Below are positions 1 to 10,482 of a stretch of 64,000 nt of DNA, piece by piece (position 1 is the first letter of the stretch; each line of letters begins with the position of its first letter). Position numbers and translations under genes: made by a program. The notes below the pieces were generated by a model. That model was not told where the DNA came from. It saw only the letters and a list, made by a program, of their open reading frames with translations, and did no database searches. Source of the stretch: Diplonema japonicum (Eukaryota > Protista > Euglenozoa: Diplonemea); NCBI GenBank assembly GCA_964019335.1, contig OZ025695.1, positions 434,001-498,000 of the forward strand, written 5' to 3'.

Positions 1-40
1 CCGATGGAGTCACATGCGCAGGAACTGTATATTGCCCCTA

Positions 41-71
<31 letters not shown>

Positions 72-774
72 GTCAAACCTGGACGATGGACATGATAACC
101 CCTTGAAGGCCCGTGTTGCCGCCTTGGGGTTTGAAGGGTACCGTCCCCGAGAGCATGACATATAGGATGACTCCGCATGACCATATATCGGTTTTGAAGC
201 CGTCGTAGCCCTGTCCTAAGAATATCTCGGGTGCGGCGTAGTTGGGGGTGCCGCATTGTGTTTGCAGCCGGAGGGACTTTGAGACCTTGCCTTCTTCGTT
301 GATGTTTTGAAAACGAGAAAACCCAAAGTCAGCGAGTTTTATCTGATCGGTGGAGGAGAGTAGGATGTTTTGGGGCTTCAAATCACGGTGCACAACACCC
401 TGCGTGTGGCAGTATTGAATCCCTTCGATAATTTGCGTGAAGTACCGCCGAGCGATGGGCTCCGTAAACTTCTTGTTGTCCTGTATGAGGTCGAAGAGCT
501 CGCCCCTTTCCACGAGCTCCATTACCAGGTAGAATCTTTTTGTCGTTTCCAGTACTTCATACAAGGTCAGGACGCTTGGGTGGTCCAGGGCCTTCATTGT
601 TGCGATTTCCCTCTGGAGCAGGGTCCTTCCTTGTCCTTTGCTCAGCATTTGTTTGCCGCACACCTTCACGGCCACCTTCCGCCCCGTCTCGCAGTGCTCT
701 GCTTGATACACCTCACCGAACGAGCCATGCCCGAGGGTCTCGCGTAGGATCCATGACCCCACCTGCTTGACCAT
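1..774 (-). CDS. Ser/Thr protein kinase, CAMK group (SNF1/CIPK-like), 3' end runs off window; intron 38-78
   Basis: GHGSFG, VAVK, HRDLKPQN, DFG, CGTPNYAAPE, DIWSCGVILY motifs; removing GT-AG intron 38-78 continues frame ...SIVQ|GQYTVPAHVTPS. Confidence 0.93.
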
Positions 775-811
775 TAGCGCCGCCTATTTGTCTTTATATA
801 CGGGGGGAGAG

Positions 812-866
<55 letters not shown>

Positions 867-976
867 GGTGCCAGAACTCAATGAAAAAAAAAAAGAAGGA
901 AAAAAAAAAAAAAAATACAGAAGAAAAAAAAAAATTGGTATTGTACAAAAAAAAAATAAGGAGGGGGGAGGAGGTC

Positions 977-1390
977 TCATAACCTCCGTCGTTTCTTTCG
1001 TTTGATGTAATGGAAGCCTTCCACTTCTCTAAACCCGGTCCACGGGTGTGGCCGGTGGAAGCAAGGTGTAGCTGGCCGGTCGCCCATGTCCCTGATTTCT
1101 TGTAGCCTGGCCACTCGTTCTGTGATCGCTGGGCGCTCGACTGGGTCTTCTTGGAAGTCCTGCAGAGCTGTGTTGAGGACTCGTTTTACTTCCGACGCCA
1201 GCAGCCCTTCGTTCGGCTTTCGTTTCCGTGAAACCTTTGTCTTTTTAGACGGCTCAGTTTCAAGAGCTTTCATTTGAAATTCGTGAAGCTCCGCAAGCTG
1301 CTCACTTTGCAGCTTGAAAAGCCTCTTAATCATCAGTTCCAGGTGCGCCCGGTAGGCAGGGGTATCCTCTTGGAACCCAATTATGTCCAT
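977..1390 (-). CDS. Hypothetical protein (~137 aa) with basic C-terminus
   Basis: Complex-sequence ORF MDIIGFQED...KRKKRRRL between homopolymer spacers, same strand as neighbours; no family recognised. Confidence 0.6.
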   Translation of the reverse strand: MDIIGFQEDTPAYRAHLELMIKRLFKLQSEQLAELHEFQMKALETEPSKKTKVSRKRKPNEGLLASEVKRVLNTALQDFQEDPVERPAITERVARLQEIRDMGDRPATPCFHRPHPWTGFREVEGFHYIKRKKRRRL

Positions 1391-1436
1391 TCTCTTTCTT
1401 CCTGAAGGAGGGGGGGAGAAGTTACTACAAATTACA

Positions 1437-1468
<32 letters not shown>

Positions 1469-1487
1469 AAATAAGGTGGGGGGAAAT

Positions 1488-1847
1488 CTAACATTTGAAA
1501 GACCATACGGAGGCCAACATGTTGCATTGGATATCAAGTCTTTCTTCCATCTCCTGGTTCTGCAGCTCTAACATGAACGCGGTGCACTTTGCTGTCAAGG
1601 CGTAGACAGCGTGCATGGCGTCGGTGCACTCTCGCTGGTTCACGATCTCCTTTAGAATCACCATGGTTTGCAGGGAGTTTGTTTTCAGCTGCTTTTTAAG
1701 ATTCCGTATCTCGGCACCCGCCTCCTCCAGTCCCTTTACCGCAGATCGTCGTGAACCTGCCATCTCCTGCTCTGCCTTTTCTCGTAGCCTTCTTTCAACT
1801 CTTAGATTCTCTCGCAAAATCTCTAACTCTGTGTCATGCGGGGGCAT
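1488..1847 (-). CDS. Hypothetical coiled-coil protein (~119 aa)
   Basis: MPPHDTELEILRENLRVERRLREKAEQE..., heptad-like E/K/R/L pattern; upstream part of ORF is homopolymer-derived. Confidence 0.6.
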   Translation of the reverse strand: MPPHDTELEILRENLRVERRLREKAEQEMAGSRRSAVKGLEEAGAEIRNLKKQLKTNSLQTMVILKEIVNQRECTDAMHAVYALTAKCTAFMLELQNQEMEERLDIQCNMLASVWSFKC

Positions 1848-2608
1848 TGGGAGCCCTCCCTCCTCTTTATTATTGGTATATATATTTTTTTTTTTTGATG
1901 GGAGAATTTCTAAAAAAAAGAAAAAAAAAAACAAAATAAATTGTGTGGAAGAAACGGGGAAAAAGGGGTCATAAGTGCGACATAAGACGGGAAAGAAGAA
2001 GGGGGGGGGGGGGGGGGGAATCTTCAAGAAAGAGAACGTGGGACAGTGGGGGAGGGGGTTGGGAGACTCTTTTTTGGAAAGGATATAAAAAAAAAGGGGG
2101 GTTTTTTTTTGGGAAATCCCTTTTTTTTCCCCTCCTTTCCTTCATCTGTTCTTGCTTTTCGGATGTACACCCAGTCAAGAGAGGACATCCTCCTTTCTTT
2201 TTTTTTTTTAAAAAAGTTTTTCCCCAATAAGTTTTTTTATGGGAGGGGGCTTTTTCTTTTTCTTTTTCTCTTGTTTTTTTTTCTTAAAAAAAGTGTTCCC
2301 CCTCTCCCCCCACACCCGGGGTTCTTTTTTTCTTTAATTTTTATACAACTGTATTACAATTGTTTAAAAAAAAAAATCGGATAAACAAAATTGCCAACCA
2401 GCAAAAAAAAAAAAAAAGTTCAGACCGGAAAATAAGGGGGGAGGGGGAGTGACAAGGTATATGAGTGTCAAAATTTTTGTACACTTTTTTTTCTATTTTT
2501 TTTTAAAAGGAAAAAAAAATAGGGAGGTGAAAGACAAAGACAAAAAAGAGGAACAGGGGGGGGGGGGGGGGGGGGAACACACTACCAAAAAAAAGGAAAA
2601 AAAGAAAA

Positions 2609-2731
2609 TCACGTCATACGGCAAATATAGCTGTTTGCCTGTGTTATGTTTCGCACCCAACGGGAAGGATTGTACGATTTAGATCGCTCTTCAATCCTGA
2701 GGAACCTGATATTGAGCCCGGACACAATGTA

Positions 2732-2763
<32 letters not shown>

Positions 2764-3079
2764 CCTTTTTTTCCCCTTCATACATTGGAATCTCAAACGA
2801 CATAGAAATAGGCCCTATCTCCCTCCTGATGCTGGCCGTCGTCGGCTGGCCGAAAGATATTTTCGCCTTGCAAACCTGCTCGGTTGACCCATTGAACTTC
2901 TTAATCAGCCACACAACCACCTTCTCACTCTGCTTGTACTCATAAGACTGGTTCTGCGCACCCCCTCTAAACTCCACCGCCACACTCGTTGTCGCCTTCG
3001 GCACCGGGAACTTAATAAGAACGGTGGAACCATGCACTGTTGTAGGGAAATCTGCTCGCACCTATTAAAAAAAAAAAAA

Positions 3080-3112
<33 letters not shown>

Positions 3113-4086
3113 GTTATTATTTTAACACACACCTTAAGAGTAAGTTCGACCTTGTAAGGGGATGGGTTTTCCACGACAGGGAGTATCCTGAAAGGCATGG
3201 AATAGTCCATAGATGTGACTCGGTAATTCATCACAACAAATTCCCCGTCGGGGGGTCGGAAGAAGAGGGTACGGTCGCTTTCAAAATCGTTGTAGTTGAT
3301 ACACTCGTGGAAATTTACACTGTCAAGGTTCACCCCGCCGTAGTTGCGGTCAGACTTCCCTACCTGAAGGTCGTCGTTGAGCCCGAGCCGGAGCTCGGGG
3401 GTGCCTGCGAGGAAGGATTTCATGATGATCGCACCGTCGATTTCAGCGGTCACAACCTGCCCGTTGGTGTTGAAGACCACATTGAGTCTTTCTAGGACGT
3501 CGACGTAGATTTCGTTTTTCCTGGTACCTTCCCCACCGAGAATTGTTTTCTGCGCATCGGCTGCTTTTTTCGTACCTTTTCCCGTCAGCTTGTTGACAAG
3601 CCCCGTGCTCTTGATGATCCCAACGGATGCTGTTTGCTTCTTGTCCTCCGCCTCGATCATAACAGGCTCGTTGAAGATGTAAGGAATGAGTTTCTCCGTA
3701 GATGTCGTCTGCAGGATTCCGAAGTCGATGGCCTCGTCGAGGATCTCGTAGACCAAGACGAAGTTCTTGCGGAGGGACTCCTCGTTCATGACGCCGAGGA
3801 AGTCCTTTAGAAGCTTTGTCAGCCTGATGAGCAGCTCGGACAGAAGGCTCGGGCTCATGTTCGTCCGTGTCGTGACGACCAGCAACAAGTTGTTCTTCTT
3901 GACAAACGCGTAGTTGATCCCGTCTACCGTGAAGAACGGCGGGGTGTCGCCGCCGCCAGGTCCGTCCCAAAATTTGTATTTTCTGAAGAAAATCTCGTCC
4001 GTGCCTCTCACGATGTCGGCCCTGTAATCCTTCGCAATGATCTTATCCCCCCTAGGGGACAGGATGAACAATTGCGAAATCGGCAT
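2609..4086 (-). CDS. AP4M1: Adaptor complex medium subunit, AP-4 mu type (~451 aa); introns 3062-3132 and 2733-2783
   Basis: MPISQLFILSPRGDKIIAKDYR start, NFVLVYEILDEAIDFG, KNEIYVDVLE, PPDGEFVVMNYR, C-terminal RWVRNITQANSYICR; two GT-AG introns restore the frame. Confidence 0.9.
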
Positions 4087-4134
4087 TTCTTTTTTTTTTT
4101 TTTTTTTTTTTTTCCCGCTCCCCTCTCCCTCTCC

Positions 4135-4182
4135 CTCTGGTTAAAATTTTGTCGGGAAAAAAAAAAAAAAAAAAAAAAAATA
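4135..4182 (-). promoter_or_regulatory. Putative trans-splice acceptor (U-tract then CAG) for AP-4 mu
   Basis: On transcript strand ~24 T then CCCGACAAAATTTTAACCAG, then purine-rich/poly(A) leader and ATG; whole intergenic gap is only 106 nt. Confidence 0.55.
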
Positions 4183-4192
4183 AGGTTCTATT

Positions 4193-5017
4193 CTATGAAA
4201 GCCGTACGGGCTGTTTCAAACCCTGTTGTCTAAACGACTGTTGCATGTCCGCAGGTCTTAAAAGCGAGCCTTGCCCCTCAGATGGTGTTAAAGGTATCGC
4301 TTCAAACAGGTCCAAGGGCGATGAAGGGGAGCCGTCTCGATACCACTGTTCGAGGGAGGACAGCATTGTACTGGTAATCTCCTCGTTCACCGCACAGGTG
4401 TGGCACTCCGTGGCCCCGACTTTAAGAACCTGGTTGTCCACTTTGCAGAAAAGCGGTGGGGAAAGAGTGGTGGTGTTGGAAGATGTGTAGTTCGCAGGGA
4501 AGATGCCTTGCCGCCTGCCGCATTCCCCTTCCCACCAACCGTCGTTCCACTTTCTCTTCACAGTGATGACATCGCCTTTCTTCACAGAAAGTTCGTGAGG
4601 GCCGCGTGCGGTGAACGGAAAATTCGACCTTACTATGTTGCATGTTACAAAGTTCGATGGGAACATTCTGATGTCGGATTGGCCTTGGGTCTCATTGACT
4701 CCCCACCACCATCCTGGGCTTTCTTCACACTGCCCGTGGGCTTTGATCAAATCGCCTCGTTTAAACTTCATCTCGGTGGGGTCGGCGTCGTTGCAGTAGT
4801 CGTAAAGGGAGACAGCGTAGTCGCAGAACGGGGGGCTGTTCTTTACTTGCTCGCTTTCGACTAAGCAGTTCGGGAAAAGCCCGGTCTTCCCCCTGCAGGT
4901 GCCAGCCCACCAACCGCTGTCCTTCCCCTTGGCGGTCACTTGGATCATCTCGCCTTTTAAAAACGAGATCTCACCCTCGCCACCCGTGTAGTCTTCGAGT
5001 GCTAGGCACTGTTCCAT
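4193..5017 (-). CDS. Triple SH3-domain protein
   Basis: Three ALxDY...WW.G...G.FP.N units (GWWAG..GLFPNC; GWWWG..MFPSNF; GWWEG..GIFPANY), followed by a small Cys motif FCKVD...ECHTC. Confidence 0.9.
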   Translation of the reverse strand: MEQCLALEDYTGGEGEISFLKGEMIQVTAKGKDSGWWAGTCRGKTGLFPNCLVESEQVKNSPPFCDYAVSLYDYCNDADPTEMKFKRGDLIKAHGQCEESPGWWWGVNETQGQSDIRMFPSNFVTCNIVRSNFPFTARGPHELSVKKGDVITVKRKWNDGWWEGECGRRQGIFPANYTSSNTTTLSPPLFCKVDNQVLKVGATECHTCAVNEEITSTMLSSLEQWYRDGSPSSPLDLFEAIPLTPSEGQGSLLRPADMQQSFRQQGLKQPVRLS

Positions 5018-5075
5018 TTTTTTTTTCCCTTTTCTTCTAGTGGATTGAAGAAGAGGGGTTTTTTATTTTTATTAA

Positions 5076-6854
5076 CCCATAACACTCCAAGGCGCAAATA
5101 TTTGTCGTTTTGAAAAATCGTTTTTTTCTCTAAGTACTTTTTCGTCCCCACGACCCTGGATCTCCAAGAACGACTATAGTGAGGAGTTCTTTTCAACTGC
5201 ATTTCATGCTGCGCTGCATCACTTTACCTTGTTATCCACCCACCAAGTGGGTCCCAAATCCGAGTAGATAGGCTAAAAACGCAAAATAACGGGTGTGCAT
5301 ACTGTGTCCAAATTGTTCCCAAAAAACGCAAAGGTAAAGCCAAAACAGCTACGGACGAGGTCCAACCTTCATGGGTAAGGGAGTTGGTACCCATAGAGAC
5401 CATAAAATAAGCAAGTGGGGAGAAGAAAAGCTGTCCCGTGGTACGCAGAAACCTGACGACGCAAAATGGTTATTCCTTCGGTTTTTTTATAAGAAGCTCA
5501 CAGACGTCATCCAAGAAGAGACAAACAAGCAAAAGGACACTGAGATTGATAAAATTTCGACCCAGGACTCCACCGCTTACTCGGATTGAGCATTGCGATG
5601 GGTTTACAGCGTGCCAGAATCAGCAGTCGTATTGGTCCACAGGACCCATGAAAATCCCCCTTTTCAGTAACACGATGCCCAGGAGACGCTACCGGGAAAT
5701 CAAAAGTAGCCTCCACTTCACTCACACAGAAGAGTCAAACGGTGATGTGTTGTGAAGATACGAGGGTTTCTGGACAGAATTGGTGACAAGTGGGCAAAAG
5801 CAGCAGTGCCAAGAAAATAATTAAGCATTGACGAGACACTCGTACCTTCACGGGGCAATTGGGGGGCTGCGGGTCTACTGTCCTCTCAAGTGTAAAAGAT
5901 ATGGCATAAAGATCTACTGCCTAAACTGCACGAGCACGGGTTATCTTTTGCGTTTCACATCCACGCCACCAAAATCGAGGGGCACGCACTTGAAGATTTC
6001 AGTGTTGTGGAAAAAGCGGGGCTGGGGTTAACAGAGCCTTTCCGGGGAAATGACAACACGGTAGTTTGTGATAGCTACTTTTCGACTGTGGGTCTGGCCG
6101 AAGCCCTGTGAAAAAACTGTGAGGGGCTTGCATTTCGTTGGGTGTTGCGGACTCTTCTGGTGGGCCCTAGAAGTGACAATAGTTAACTGCCAAGCACTTC
6201 AAATAAAATATGGTTCAGGCCAAAGAGATACAAAACCCTGGCTGCTTTTAAAGAGCGCTTTCGAGAGAGCCTAATTGATGGGTCCAGCGTTGCAAAAACA
6301 CCACTCCCGGCACCCAACTAGTGGTGCACACACACCCGATACCCCAGATTACACCAAACGTGACCGCTAGCCACTCAAAGGGGGCACCTCCAGGGTCTGC
6401 AGGTTGAAAGGATGCACAAAACGCACAATCTACAAATGCTACACCTGAAACCAACACCTCTGTCCAAATAAGTGCTTTTTTCGTACCACTCTTCCATCAC
6501 CCCAAAAAGGCCTCTTGACGATTTCGAGGCCGATATTCCACCCGCAAATAGGCACTTCTCTCGGTCTGAGACATCTGAGGGGTCCTGATGCTGCCTTTTT
6601 TGTCCCAGGATGCTCAATTTACACCCCCCCGTGCACAACCCATTTGACATGGTCGTTTTTGAGCACCCTACGGCCATTCAACTCTTCATCCCCTTTGTAT
6701 TTTTATTAATTTTTGAACTTTTTTTTTAATTTTCCTGGTCCAAAAAACCCGTTTTACCTGCAAACGGGGGTTAAATGCTGCCATTTTCCCCCTCAAATTA
6801 TGAAAAGGAGCAAAAAAGGGACCCCTATGTAGATAGGCCCCGGAGTGTTATGGG
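5076..6854 (+). mobile_element. Decayed piggyBac-family DNA transposon
   Basis: 13-bp TIRs CCCATAACACTCC (5076) / GGAGTGTTATGGG (to 6854); TTAA on left flank, TTTAA on right; transposase fragments inside. Confidence 0.88.
5460..6485 (+). pseudogene. piggyBac (PGBD-like) transposase pseudogene
   Basis: Frameshifted fragments FLRFF..LTDVIQEETN, YWST..LFSNTMPRRRYREIKSSLHF, SIDETLVP, YCPLKCKRYGIKIYCLN..TGYLLRF and Cys-rich tail CRLKGCTKRTIYKCYT*NQHLCPNKCF. Confidence 0.85.
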
Positions 6855-6879
6855 TTTAAAAAAAAAAAAAAAAAAAAAA

Positions 6880-8124
6880 TTAAGGCGTGTTGCATATAAC
6901 TGCCGCGTGTAACTTTTGCACGATGCCTTGCATCCCTTTGCATTTGTCTTCTCCGTCTTCTTCCCCGCAGCCTTTGGAGTCGATCGGAACTGTGCCCCCA
7001 TTATAGACACATCCTGCAAGCTCCTTCTGGTAAGAGGACACCTTACCCAACGACGCGGCAAGTGTTTTCTTGTCACGGACACGGAGGGAGAGGAAGGTTC
7101 TGACGAAAGGGGGAAGCTCCCTTTCGAGAGACGCCAGGTCCCCGTTGATGGTGGTGGTGTAGTGTTCCAACAAGGTGATCAACAAGCCACGCAACGAGGT
7201 GTATGCTGCAAGCTCAGTCGGTAAGGAGGGTGTCCACCCCTTAAGGACATCTGACAATTCTGAGAAATCTCTCGATAATGCTTGAACACGAAGGCGTGTC
7301 AACAACCCTTTAGATATAAACCCCGTGCCGGTAGCGTAACCGGGGCCGATCTCGTTTCCTTCAGACAGCATTTTTTTCACGCCTCCGGAAACATCGTTTC
7401 CAAAGCAAGTTTCCAAAGGGAATGTGTCATTTGTCTGGTCTAGATCTTCCGGTACAAAACCATAATTTGTCGCGTAGCCCCATGACGGCATCCACGTGTT
7501 GTAGCAAAGGTACACCTGTTCCCCTTTACAAACGTTCACATGTGATTTAAACACCATTTTGTTGCCTTCCCGACCGAAATTTTGGATCCCGCGTGTCGAG
7601 TGATGATTCAGCATATCCGCGAAAGGGATTAAAACATAGCTTTCTTTCCACGAAAACGCTCGAGAATCAAGGATGAACCGGGCCCATAAATACACGGGTG
7701 GGGTCAGAATTTTTTGAATTTCCGGTTTCGTTTCGAATTTTTCGAGAAGGCGGTGGTATGCGGTGTTGATTTCCAACCTTCGGTTGTCTAGTTGGGATCT
7801 TCGGACCGTGCTTTGAAGGATCTCGATTTCACGTTGAGAGGCAAAATCTAAGCTTATTTTCTCGACTTCTTCTACCGTTGGGATTGAGTTGGTGTATGAA
7901 GCCCCTGCTTGTTTTCCCATTGCGAGCCATACATAGTATTTTTCGTCTATAGAAAGTGCCTCGGATAAATTCTTTCCCAGGTCTCGCTCGCATTTTCTTT
8001 CATCTATGAGGTCCATTTCTGGTATAGAAAGAACGGTCTCGCCCTTTTTAATGTCTTGTGTTGCAAACAAACCGCGTCCCTCTTTGCATTTTCGAACTTC
8101 CAACAGAATATTGTCCCGGCTCAT
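6880..8124 (-). CDS. SET-domain lysine methyltransferase (SETD3/Rubisco-LSMT-like)
   Basis: GRGLFATQDIKKGETVLSIP, SRAF, LIPFADMLNH, GEQVYLCY, NYGF, followed by LSMT substrate-binding-like helices; true ATG taken after the A-tract. Confidence 0.88.
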   Translation of the reverse strand: MSRDNILLEVRKCKEGRGLFATQDIKKGETVLSIPEMDLIDERKCERDLGKNLSEALSIDEKYYVWLAMGKQAGASYTNSIPTVEEVEKISLDFASQREIEILQSTVRRSQLDNRRLEINTAYHRLLEKFETKPEIQKILTPPVYLWARFILDSRAFSWKESYVLIPFADMLNHHSTRGIQNFGREGNKMVFKSHVNVCKGEQVYLCYNTWMPSWGYATNYGFVPEDLDQTNDTFPLETCFGNDVSGGVKKMLSEGNEIGPGYATGTGFISKGLLTRLRVQALSRDFSELSDVLKGWTPSLPTELAAYTSLRGLLITLLEHYTTTINGDLASLERELPPFVRTFLSLRVRDKKTLAASLGKVSSYQKELAGCVYNGGTVPIDSKGCGEEDGEDKCKGMQGIVQKLHAAVICNTP

Positions 8125-8227
8125 TTTTTTTTTTTTCTCCCCTGGTGGTGGTGGTGGGAACAAGAGGGGGGAAAGAAAAATGAGATATAAAAAAAAAAGA
8201 TAATAACGCCTCACATCTCTAAACCCC

Positions 8228-8264
<37 letters not shown>

Positions 8265-8810
8265 GTTTTAGATCATGTGGCGTTAAAGAAAAAAAAAAAG
8301 CCGAATTTTTTTTTCTTCTCTTCTTTCTCTTTTCCTTCCCCGACAATCGAACTGTGATACTTTTAAGAAAAAAAGGGGGGGGTGGGACGTTGAAAGGAAG
8401 TCTGATCGCCTTGTAGGCAATCACTTGTAGCTTTTTTTTTGGGGAGGGGGCATATCAAAAAAAGGAAAAAAAAGGATTCATTTAGAAATAAAACTCCAGA
8501 GTTGACGTTTTTTTTTTTTTTTTTTTTTTGTGCAAACTTCCCTTTTTTTAAGCAAATAAGAGAAAAAAGGGGGGTATAAAAAAAAAAAGCAACTTCCCTT
8601 TTTCCTGGTGATTAAATCGGACTCACCCCCTCCCCGTTGATATTTCTTCCCGTATTTTTTTTTTTTTTTTTTTTTTCATTTTTCCCTTCCCCGTCATTGG
8701 GCAAGCTGCGTTTCGGACCCCATCCGAAGAAGGAAAAAAAAAAAAAAAAAAAGAAAGATAAGGTGGTGCAGAAAGGAGGGGTAAATACAAGTTGCGTGTA
8801 CGTTTTGCTG

Positions 8811-8846
<36 letters not shown>

Positions 8847-8847
<1 letters not shown>

Positions 8848-10200
8848 CACAGTTCAGGAGCAGGAAGAATGGTCCCTTCGCACTGACCAAATCCAACACG
8901 GTAGCCGTCCCCCTGGCAGTGCCCGTGGAGTCTGCACGAGTCGCCGTTTTGGAAGAATTTCCTGGACTCCCCACCGCCGATGTCGATGGGCTTGCTACCC
9001 CTCCACGTGATTTCGAGCATGCTCCCGTAAGAACCCGGCTCAGGGCCGCTGATAGTCCCCGAGGCGAAGAGATCACCGGGGTTCACATTGCACCCGTTAA
9101 TAGTGTGGTGCACCAACTGCTGGAAGACACTCCAATACATGTACTGTTTTTTTTTTTCAAATTTTTTAGTTCTTCCAATACCTTGAAGTTGGTGTTGGTA
9201 AGGGTAACCTCCGAGTCCTTCCCCTTGGGCTTCAACGTGGCCGACAGGTTAATGTCAAGCGCACCGGGGAAGTTCTGCTGCAAGTACGGCAGGGGGACCG
9301 GGTCGTCGTTCTGGCCCTGTAGTAAAAAAAAAACTTTTTTTTCCCCCATTTTTTTTCATTTTTATATCAAACCTGCGGGGGCCCGTCGCAGACGAAGGGC
9401 TCAAGCGCCTCCATGGTGACGATCCACGGCGAGACTGTCGACCCGAAGTTCTTCCCGAGGAACGGCCCCAACGGGACGTACTCCCACTTCTGCAGATCAC
9501 GCGCGGACCAGTCGTTGAAGAGACACATCCCGAAAACGTGATCCTTAACAGTTGCCATTGTGATGGGGGTCCCTAGCTCGTTGGCTTTTCCGACAAAAGC
9601 GCCCATCTCGAGCTCCATGTCAAGAAGGGAGCTGGTAGCGTGCTTGGGCGGCTGTGCGTCGTCAGGACGGACCTGACCATTGGGGCGGCGGATGGGTGTC
9701 CCTGACACAACGATGGAAGAGGCGCGGCCGTGGTAGCCGACAGGGAGGTGCAGCCAGTTGGGCAGAAGCGCGTTTCCATTGGGGCGGAAGAGCTTGCCTA
9801 GGTTGGTCGCGTGTTCCCTTGAGGAGTAGAAGTCAGTGTAGTCGCCTACCTTGCACGGCATCACCATGCGCACCTCGTCGATGTCGTAGATAGCCTTCTC
9901 CCTCAGGGTCATGTCGTCCCTCAGGGCACCCTCGCTGCTTGACAGGAGCTTAGTGAGCACCTGTCTTGTTGGGGCCCATGCTTCTTTCCCGAGACCCATG
10001 AATGTGTTTAGTTTGGTCTCCTGGAACGCCTCTCCCACGGCCTTGCTGAAGAAACCCTTGTTCGACAGCTCCTTCAGGTCCACCACCTTGTCACCGATCG
10101 CCACACCGCAACGCCTGCCATTCTTCCCGTCAAACACACCATACGGGAGGTTCTGAATGGGGAACTCGCATTCAGGCTCGTAGCTCACCCAGCTAGTCAT
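8847..10200 (-). CDS. FAH: Fumarylacetoacetase (~419 aa); introns 9317-9372 and 9144-9181
   Basis: [93 protein letters not shown]. Confidence 0.96.
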
Positions 10201-10482
10201 TTTTTTTTTTGTTCTCTCGTCTGCGAGTTTATGTTAATTTTACCTCTAAAAGATTGGTGTAAAAAAGTTTTTTTTTTTCCTTCGAATGAAACACGATAAA
10301 TTTTCTTTTTTTTTTTGAGGCCAGGGTGGGAAGGAAACATTGCAAGGACACATCCCTCCCCTCTCTAAACAAGGGGGGGGGGGGGGGGGGGGGGTTTGCG
10401 ATCTATATAAAAAAGCACCTACACAAAAGGCGCCAAAATACACTTTTCTTTTCTTCTTTTTTTCTTCCCCCCCCCCTGGTTT

